In this document: positions 57,277 through 64,000 of the stretch, in pieces | Position numbering within the stretch: the stretch's first letter is position 1 | How the letters are laid out: the number at the start of each line of letters is the position of its first letter | Assembly (NCBI GenBank): GCA_963675755.2 | Contig: CAXXMD010000003.1 | Location: 96,001-160,000, forward strand | Length of the DNA: 64,000 bases | From: a bacterium | GTDB lineage: Bacteria; Zhuqueibacterota; Zhuqueibacteria; Residuimicrobiales; Krinioviventaceae | Direction: 5' to 3' | Notes under the pieces: generated by a model | Seen by the model: the letters and a program-made list of their open reading frames with translations, nothing else | Told to the model about the DNA's origin: nothing | The model's database searches: none | Position numbers and translations under genes: made by a program

Positions 57277-59172
57277 CTATTGAATATAAACCATTTTTTT
57301 CAATTTATGAAAGCCATTTCCTGTCAGTTCGTAGAAATACACACCTGATGGCACCCGACTGCCAAAACGGTCACGGCCATCCCAGACTTTACGATACGCA
57401 CCTGCCGCGTATTTCCCACCAGCAAGACGAATTACCTCCTGCCCCAGCGTATTGTATATTGTCAAATTTACCTCTCCCGCATCTGCAAGCGAAAAGGAGA
57501 TAACCGTATTCGAGTTAAAAGGATTGGGATAATTGTCATACAGTTCCCAACTATTGACATCTTTCCCTGTATTGTCAATCGCGAGCGGAAAATCAATCTC
57601 TAAAGAATCAACTGCCATAGGAGCACCTCTAGGCCATGTCCCTTTTCTTCCCATACTGTCTGTAGCAGAAATATAATACTGGATAACTCCCGAATACTCG
57701 TTTCCAGGTATCTTTGCCTGGTATCTGTCAATGGGTACAATATATTCCACATCCAGTGAATCAAACGCACCGGATTTCCCATAACGATAATGTACCTTAA
57801 AAGAGGCTGTATCCAATGCAACCGGATCCGTTAATAAAACAGGCGGATTAATGGAAGCAAGGATTGTATAGTCATCAGCAGGATGCTTGAATGTGCTATA
57901 ACTGTAATCCATTATTTCCGGTTCCTCTCCTGCAGCCCAGGCCATAAATAAATTGGCGCCCAGGTTCTCATAACACATAAAATCGATTTCGGTGGTATCC
58001 GGCCAGAATCCTCCCTGCACCGAAAGTCCCACTTCGGGAGTAATGGCAAAAATCCCTTGTTCTCCATATAGCCAGTCATCCGAACTGCCATTTGCCAGAT
58101 AGCCAAGCTTGTTTGTAACTCCATTGTCTGGGGTGTAACCGTTATATGCAACACAACTGTCATTCAATGCCAGAAAAGCAGAGTAATCCGGTTCTTCCGG
58201 ATTCTCGGGTTTGAACCCCCACGGATAGAGCCACAAGTTCCCATAGCTGTGATAAAACAGGCTGATTACAAAATCATGCGCTTCCACAAATTCTTTAATG
58301 GCCCAGGTCTCGGGTTCTGAAAAAGGCGCTAATCCCCGGTAACTTTCACTATTCATATTCGGGCTCGAACCAACATCATTAAATGCCCAGGAAAAACCAA
58401 AATTCCGGTTCAGGTCTACCCCGTCTTTATCCGGATTAAAAATTCCGTTGCCATCGTTATCGTGCATATTTTTACGCCACAAAATAGGATTTGAGGTGCT
58501 GTAAATGCCGCCATAATCTCCGGTAAAGACATAATCCCTACCATCAGGATTCACACACAAGATAAACCACAACTCGCGGTTATTGATCAAATGAGTAGCA
58601 AATGCATTGGTGCCATAGCCATTCAACAAATAATCGATGAAAACAATCAATACTTCAGGAGTAACAATTTCTCTGGCATGAATAGCTGCTGTATACAAGA
58701 CATCCGCTTCGGTTGAATCCTCAACCGAGACATCATCAGATATTTTCATTGCAAGAATATCAAATCCTTTATTATAGGCGACTTTATTATAGCTGTCTCC
58801 AATATCAAAAATCCGCACTAAATCAGGATAGGCGTTTTCCAGAGAATCCATTAACGCTTCTATCTGTTGGATACTGTGAAAATGCTTGAAATAATTGCTG
58901 TTGCGCAATTCATCATAAAATCCATTCAAATCATCAATAACCGTATCAAACGAGAATCCCAAATTCTGCAATTCTTTTTGCTGTTCATAGGTCAAAATTG
59001 CTTCCACAATCCCGGATTCAGACGAGATATGGGTAACATCCAAATCCATCTCGTAAAATTGTTTAATATCATCCGGATTTTCGGTCTCTATTCTTAAAAG
59101 TGAAGGTGCCGAATTATTCGCAGCATAAATTGTCATGGTTAAAAATACCATACAAGCAATAATGTGTTTCAT
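57277..59172 (-). CDS. M14 zinc carboxypeptidase (carboxypeptidase T-like) with C-terminal sorting domain
   Basis: IHARE, NPDG, WRKN, GVDLNRNF, FSEPET, YHSY, TPEVG; DNYPNPFN..WDGRD..SGVYFY. Confidence 0.92.
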   Translation of the reverse strand: MKHIIACMVFLTMTIYAANNSAPSLLRIETENPDDIKQFYEMDLDVTHISSESGIVEAILTYEQQKELQNLGFSFDTVIDDLNGFYDELRNSNYFKHFHSIQQIEALMDSLENAYPDLVRIFDIGDSYNKVAYNKGFDILAMKISDDVSVEDSTEADVLYTAAIHAREIVTPEVLIVFIDYLLNGYGTNAFATHLINNRELWFILCVNPDGRDYVFTGDYGGIYSTSNPILWRKNMHDNDGNGIFNPDKDGVDLNRNFGFSWAFNDVGSSPNMNSESYRGLAPFSEPETWAIKEFVEAHDFVISLFYHSYGNLWLYPWGFKPENPEEPDYSAFLALNDSCVAYNGYTPDNGVTNKLGYLANGSSDDWLYGEQGIFAITPEVGLSVQGGFWPDTTEIDFMCYENLGANLFMAWAAGEEPEIMDYSYSTFKHPADDYTILASINPPVLLTDPVALDTASFKVHYRYGKSGAFDSLDVEYIVPIDRYQAKIPGNEYSGVIQYYISATDSMGRKGTWPRGAPMAVDSLEIDFPLAIDNTGKDVNSWELYDNYPNPFNSNTVISFSLADAGEVNLTIYNTLGQEVIRLAGGKYAAGAYRKVWDGRDRFGSRVPSGVYFYELTGNGFHKLKKMVYIQ

Positions 59173-59855
59173 TTTTCTCCTTTAAATTGCTCCATCGCAT
59201 AAACAGACAGCAAGCGAACCTTGTTATAGTCATACACAAATTCAATGTGAATGAGCTGGCTAATGCGCTCAATACGGGCGTATACTACAACCTCTTCCTT
59301 CTTTTCATCGTAAGCAATCTGCCAGTTAAAATCAGACGGCAGGTTTAAATCCGTGCCCTTTTGCCTGTAATGGTTCTCTATCTGTTTTATATAATCTTTC
59401 GCCTGGGTTTTCACCAACTCTGTAAAAGCACTCAGATCCTTATAATCGAGAATTGAATCTACTTTGACGGATTTGAACGGTAACGCTAACGCTATATCGG
59501 GTTTAAACCGCAGTGTATCCGTAATAATTGAACCTTTTAATTTTATATATACCGATTTATCATATAGCAAAGAATCTGCCAATAATGCATAGCCCATAGT
59601 CCCGGGTGCCATCCAGTTTGTGAGCATGGGGTGCCAGGTACGGTTAGAATAGCGGTAGCCGTATACACCTGAAATTTGTACTGGGTTACCAGCTTTTACC
59701 AAGTCAATAACCGAAACATATTTCAAAAATAAATTACCAAACCGGGACTGGTCATAGTTTACCTTTGGGTTATTGTTACAACCGGTAATCATAAATAACA
59801 TCAGAATTGCTATTATGAAAATATGGCGCTTATTTACTGTATTCGGGTTTTCCAT
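59169..59855 (-). CDS. Hypothetical lipoprotein
   Basis: KRHIFIIAILMLFMITGC lipobox; stop overlaps the M14 start (start codon uncertain). Confidence 0.65.
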   Translation of the reverse strand: MENPNTVNKRHIFIIAILMLFMITGCNNNPKVNYDQSRFGNLFLKYVSVIDLVKAGNPVQISGVYGYRYSNRTWHPMLTNWMAPGTMGYALLADSLLYDKSVYIKLKGSIITDTLRFKPDIALALPFKSVKVDSILDYKDLSAFTELVKTQAKDYIKQIENHYRQKGTDLNLPSDFNWQIAYDEKKEEVVVYARIERISQLIHIEFVYDYNKVRLLSVYAMEQFKGEK

Positions 59856-60724
59856 ATGTTTTTCAATTGATTGGTCCATACATCAAAAGTTTCAGAGTAC
59901 AATGTTTTCCCGGCTGCATGCGCAAGAGATTCCAATCTCGCTTTCTCCTGATCAATACTTTTTATCATATTTTCTATAGCAGAAACCGGGCCTGCATTTG
60001 GATTTTGCAGCAAAAACTGTTTCAATTCATACAAATCATGATCGATCCCCAAATACCCGGAAAGTATATGAAATTCTTCCGCCAGATCAGTCAAATCGTC
60101 AGGCTTTTCAGAGGTCAATATCAATAACTGATACCATAAATATTTTACATCTTTACGCCATTCATGCATCAGTACATCATTTGTCTCATCAAAGGCTGTG
60201 AGCATTTCATATTGACCACTATTATAGATTTTTTCCATTCCCTGCCAGAACAGATCATCAGAATCCTCAAGCTGCCAATCTTTAGCACGTGCAGCAATTA
60301 TTTGCAGCTCTTTAATAATATGTTCTTTGACATTATTTTCCTGGAACAGGCGGGCATGCTCTAGATAATGTTCATTCAAAGTTTGACGTACGGGTTCCCA
60401 ACCCGTTTTTTCCGATCTATTCAGCGATTCAGACAAAATATCCAGTGTCTCCACAAGAATAAAGCTGTCCCTGTTGTCAGAAAGCAGCCTGCCTATATCT
60501 CGAAGTGCCAAATTCTCAAATTTATAAACATCATTGCCGAGCTGAACCTGTAACAGCCTCAACATGGCTCTGCATTTTTTTACATTCGTACGTGTATTAT
60601 GGATGCGTTCATCCAGGTTTTCAGATTCATCAGACAGCTCTTCTATCATGGATAACAACAGTTCTGTTAGAATTCGTACAACACCCCAGGACAAAGATTC
60701 AAAAGGTTGCAGCGAAAATGCCAT
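59834..60724 (-). CDS. CHAD domain protein (polyphosphate-binding family)
   Basis: IHNTRTNVKKCRAMLRL, RD, MHEWRKDVKYLWYQ, LGIDHD. Confidence 0.85.
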   Translation of the reverse strand: MAFSLQPFESLSWGVVRILTELLLSMIEELSDESENLDERIHNTRTNVKKCRAMLRLLQVQLGNDVYKFENLALRDIGRLLSDNRDSFILVETLDILSESLNRSEKTGWEPVRQTLNEHYLEHARLFQENNVKEHIIKELQIIAARAKDWQLEDSDDLFWQGMEKIYNSGQYEMLTAFDETNDVLMHEWRKDVKYLWYQLLILTSEKPDDLTDLAEEFHILSGYLGIDHDLYELKQFLLQNPNAGPVSAIENMIKSIDQEKARLESLAHAAGKTLYSETFDVWTNQLKNIWKTRIQ

Positions 60725-60763
60725 AGCTCACAGCTCGCGTATAGTATGAATACGGTCCATTAG

Positions 60764-60797
60764 AAAAAAACAGAGGTCCCCCCCAGTGGACGGCTCT
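60764..60797 (-). terminator. Probable terminator of the microcompartment operon
   Basis: Minus strand AGAG-cc-GTCC...GGAC-CTCT followed by GTTTTTTT immediately after the aldolase stop. Confidence 0.5.
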
Positions 60798-61572
60798 ATT
60801 TTAATTTATTCACAACCTGTCTGGTGATCTGCTCAACCAGTTCAGGAGAAACATCAGTTACAGCATCATTAGCTTTTGCAGCAGTTGGTACCTGACAGCC
60901 ATCAATCTCACAGGTTGGCGCATCCGGACGGATACCAAAACGTTTACGGAGATCCATCAGTTCCGACATTTTCTCACCTTTGATGGATTGAACGTTACCC
61001 AATTGATGAGCTACAAACATAATTTTTGCAAAGTGTTCCATGGTTTCCATTTTAAAATGGGCGTCTGTAATGGTTTTACCAACAGTAATAGCACCATGAT
61101 TTTCCAGCAGTACCGCGTCATATTGTTTCAAATACTTACTTACAACATCGGCCAGTTCCTGGGTACCGGGAGTAGCATATTCCGCGATTGGAATAGAACC
61201 CACACTCACAATTACTTCCGGTAAAACACACTGGGTCAATGGAATACCTGCAACCGCATAGCCTGTAGCTGTTGGTGGATGAGCGTGCGCCACAGAATTA
61301 ATATCAGGACGAGCTTTATAGATGGTTACGTGCATCTTGGCTTCGGAAGATGCCTTGCGTGTCCCGGATACCTGATTACCATTTTCATCTACAATTACCA
61401 GATCACTGGGAACCAGAAAGCCTTTGCTCATTCCGGTGGGTGTCATTAAAAAATGTCCGTTATCCAATCTGCAGCTAACATTGCCATCGTTTGCGGCAAC
61501 ATAACCGCGATCATATATTCTGCGGCAGATATCAACCATTTCTTTTTTTAAACTGAATAATGAAGTAGCCAT
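60796..61572 (-). CDS. Class II aldolase (fuculose/rhamnulose-1-phosphate type) with C-terminal encapsulation peptide
   Basis: DGNVS, TPTG..KG, SSEAKMH, HAHPP, LENHG; tail VSPELVEQITRQVVNKLK. Confidence 0.88.
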   Translation of the reverse strand: MATSLFSLKKEMVDICRRIYDRGYVAANDGNVSCRLDNGHFLMTPTGMSKGFLVPSDLVIVDENGNQVSGTRKASSEAKMHVTIYKARPDINSVAHAHPPTATGYAVAGIPLTQCVLPEVIVSVGSIPIAEYATPGTQELADVVSKYLKQYDAVLLENHGAITVGKTITDAHFKMETMEHFAKIMFVAHQLGNVQSIKGEKMSELMDLRKRFGIRPDAPTCEIDGCQVPTAAKANDAVTDVSPELVEQITRQVVNKLK

Positions 61573-61588
61573 AACATCCTTCTCTTCT

Positions 61589-61867
61589 TTATAATTCAAC
61601 ATTCATATTTACAGTATCCACAACACCTACAATAATACTTCTTACAGGTGCCTGATTGATTCCCAGTATATCAGAGGCTGTCTTGCCTTCCCGGGAAACC
61701 ATCACAATATCGCCAATACCGGCATCTACAGAATCAACTGCTACCGTGGTATTTGTCTCTTCTTCGCACAGCGGAGAAATATTCCGCAACAGCAACAATT
61801 TACATCCTTTATAAGCAGGATGATGAATTGTACTGGTCACATTACCTATAACTACAGCCAGTTCCAT
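61589..61867 (-). CDS. BMC vertex pentamer protein (EutN/CcmL family)
   Basis: MELAVVIGNVTST..GCKLLL..AVDSVDAGIGD..IVGVVD. Confidence 0.92.
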   Translation of the reverse strand: MELAVVIGNVTSTIHHPAYKGCKLLLLRNISPLCEEETNTTVAVDSVDAGIGDIVMVSREGKTASDILGINQAPVRSIIVGVVDTVNMNVEL

Positions 61868-61870
61868 GCT

Positions 61871-62203
61871 CTATCCCCGCACCTGTTTCAAATTCTGTTC
61901 TTTCCACTTTTTCAACCGGCTGTTTGTATACCGTTTATCTTTAGCAAAAGTATTATCCACAATACCAACAATAGAAGCATCAGAAGGGATCTTTTTTCCC
62001 TCCATAGCAAATGAAGCTTCGCGGGAACTAACCCAGTATACCAGATCATCTTCTCTTGAACCAACCGTATCTGCCGCCAGAATGGGTTTACCCATTGCTT
62101 CTTTTTTTTCATTCACAGGCTGTAAAATATACAATTTTACGCCTGTGAGTTGCGGGTCTTTGTGTGTGGCCCATACTCTGCCCACAATTATTCCAAGCTT
62201 CAT
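61871..62203 (-). CDS. BMC vertex pentamer protein (EutN/CcmL family) with basic C-terminal extension
   Basis: MKLGIIVGRVWATHK..AADTVG..DASIVGIVD plus about 25 extra residues. Confidence 0.92.
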   Translation of the reverse strand: MKLGIIVGRVWATHKDPQLTGVKLYILQPVNEKKEAMGKPILAADTVGSREDDLVYWVSSREASFAMEGKKIPSDASIVGIVDNTFAKDKRYTNSRLKKWKEQNLKQVRG

Positions 62204-62205
62204 AA

Positions 62206-63624
62206 TTATACAACCCGCAAATAATCAACCATGGAGCATCTGCGCATACGAGTAAATGTGCGCGCGGAGGTAATACCTTCTCCGGTTGGGCTGGCAATAC
62301 TGTGACTCAAATAACCTTCACCACCAATACCAAGGCCTGCAAAGGATGGCCCGTTTTTCACAAACAAGGTACAATTCATCAACTTGGCCATCTTGGTCAT
62401 ATTTTCAACATTTTTAGAGTGCATAAGCGCAGTATGTCTGAAATTGTGTTCTACTTTTTGGGCTAAAAGTATAGCTGCGTCAACATTGGGTGAACGTAAA
62501 AATGGCAAACAATTCATCATTTGTTCGGCAACTACAAAGGGATGATCATTCGGAGTTTCGGCAAACAACATTTCAGTATCCGCAGGGATGCTAATACCCA
62601 ATGCATCCGCCAGATAGTGTGCATCTTTACCAACAAACTCGCGGTTTAGAACAGGCTCACCAGGACCTTTACCACCGTCTTTAAAAACAATCTCTGCCAG
62701 ACGATTAATCTGCTCAAGAGTCAGTTCAAATGATTTATGTGCAACAAGCTGACGTTTCAGTTCGTCGGCAATACTTTCAACAGCGATAATTATTTTTTCA
62801 CCAATACATAACAAATTGTTATCAAATGTAGCACCTTCAATAATGCTCTTGGCAGCATTGGCAAGGTCTGCGGTCTCGTCTACAACAACGGGGGGATTAC
62901 CAGGGCCCGCACAGATGGCACGTTTGCCCGCTTTCATAGCAGCTTTAACAACACCGGGGCCACCAGTTATACATAATATATTAACCTTGGGATGAGTGAA
63001 CAAAGTTTGACCGGTTTCCATTGTAGGATTTTTCACACAGGTGATCAAATTTGCCGGTCCGCCTACTTTGACTATTGCTTCATTTATCAATTGAACGGCA
63101 TAATTGGTTACATTCTTTGCACCTGGATGAGCGTTGGCAATAATTGAATTACCGGCAGCAATCATACTGATTGCGTTATTAATCATGGTTGGCACAGGAT
63201 GGGTTGAAGGCAATATCGCTCCAATAGTACCAAAAGGAGCCATTTCTACAACCGTCAAACCATGGTCACCAGACCATGCAATGGTCTCCAGGTCTTCAAC
63301 ACCCGGGGTATGCTTGGAAGCCAGTTTACATTTCTGTATCTTGTGTTCAACACGGCCCATTTTTGTTTCTGCAACAGTCATTTGGCCAAACTCAACGGCG
63401 TTGGCCTGACCTACCTGGCGAATGGCTTCAATGATATCTTTGCGCAATTCAATTGTACTGTCAACCAGCTTGAGCTGTGCTTCATATGCCGCGTCTATTG
63501 CATCTTCAATATTATCATATACACCGGTTGAACAAGTAGTGCAAGTGCTGGGTGCACCTTTTTTTTCAACATTCAACTCGGTCAATACTCGCTGCACTAT
63601 GGCAGATATTTGTTTTTCATCCAC
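62206..63624 (-). CDS. CoA-acylating aldehyde dehydrogenase (EutE/PduP family) with N-terminal encapsulation peptide
   Basis: MDEKQISAIVQRVLTEL; TGGPGVV, AGPGNPP, FDNNLLCIGEK, PTGEGITSARTFTR. Confidence 0.93.
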   Translation of the reverse strand: MDEKQISAIVQRVLTELNVEKKGAPSTCTTCSTGVYDNIEDAIDAAYEAQLKLVDSTIELRKDIIEAIRQVGQANAVEFGQMTVAETKMGRVEHKIQKCKLASKHTPGVEDLETIAWSGDHGLTVVEMAPFGTIGAILPSTHPVPTMINNAISMIAAGNSIIANAHPGAKNVTNYAVQLINEAIVKVGGPANLITCVKNPTMETGQTLFTHPKVNILCITGGPGVVKAAMKAGKRAICAGPGNPPVVVDETADLANAAKSIIEGATFDNNLLCIGEKIIIAVESIADELKRQLVAHKSFELTLEQINRLAEIVFKDGGKGPGEPVLNREFVGKDAHYLADALGISIPADTEMLFAETPNDHPFVVAEQMMNCLPFLRSPNVDAAILLAQKVEHNFRHTALMHSKNVENMTKMAKLMNCTLFVKNGPSFAGLGIGGEGYLSHSIASPTGEGITSARTFTRMRRCSMVDYLRVV

Positions 63625-63650
63625 TGTATTATTTCCTTATCCAATACAAC

Positions 63651-63938
63651 CTATTTTTGATATACCACTTTACCCTTGAATTCCATTGTATCAATAATGC
63701 CAATGATACACGTATCCGTGGGTACACTTTCCATATTGACGGCCTGTCGCGCTGAACTGCCGCGAACCAGAATGACCATTTCATCAATTCCGGCGCCAAC
63801 TGTATCTACAGCAATCACATTGCCAGATGATGCCTTGCCATCCGGTGAAACCAGATTTACGATCATCAACTTGCTGCCGGACAACTTTTTGTCCTTAATG
63901 GTTGACACAACCGTACCAACTACTTTACCTAATTCCAC
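63651..63938 (-). CDS. BMC vertex pentamer protein (EutN/CcmL family)
   Basis: GTG start after AAGGAG; GKVVGTVVSTIK..AVDTVGAG..GSSAR..IIGIID. Confidence 0.93.
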   Translation of the reverse strand: MELGKVVGTVVSTIKDKKLSGSKLMIVNLVSPDGKASSGNVIAVDTVGAGIDEMVILVRGSSARQAVNMESVPTDTCIIGIIDTMEFKGKVVYQK

Positions 63939-64000
63939 AATAACTCCTTTATGCGTTGCCTGATGTTAACAGTCCCTGGTCTGCAAAGCTGTAATAACTG

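Noticed and set aside
63949-64000. 3' end of an upstream microcompartment-locus gene
   Set aside because: Only about 50 nt are visible and two frames give plausible stops; it cannot be assigned.

Overview
Bacterial chromosomal window, most likely from an FCB-group lineage such as KSB1, Calditrichota or Marinisomatota. This is an inference from four proteins ending in a QNYPNPFN-type C-terminal sorting domain and from many Tat/lipoprotein enzymes. The left half (1-31 kb) is accessory. It carries exported hydrolases and oxidoreductases, intergenic regions packed with at least five families of palindromic or periodic repeats (including an exactly 147-bp four-hairpin element and a 353-bp tandem duplication), three AT-rich orphan ORFs separated by repeats, and a tandem array of seven paralogous unknown envelope proteins with constant ends and variable Gly-rich cores. 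Three of the seven have an ECF-sigma-like promoter. The middle (31.7-47.4 kb) holds two tandem leader-peptide/attenuator + ilvB units, one leader Val-biased and one Leu-biased, heading an ilvBNC-leuA-leuB-cimA-argJ-proC-argC-argB-argD-GNAT super-operon. The right part holds an eIF-2B-like gene with an antiporter, a J-domain/Trp-repeat pair, DUF481-miaA-mutL, a RelE/ParD-like TA pair, secreted M14 peptidase and cohesin-like proteins, a CHAD protein and the distal part of a PVM-like bacterial microcompartment locus. No rRNA, tRNA, CRISPR array, transposase or integrase was recognised. All calls come from reading motifs by eye; no database searches were run.
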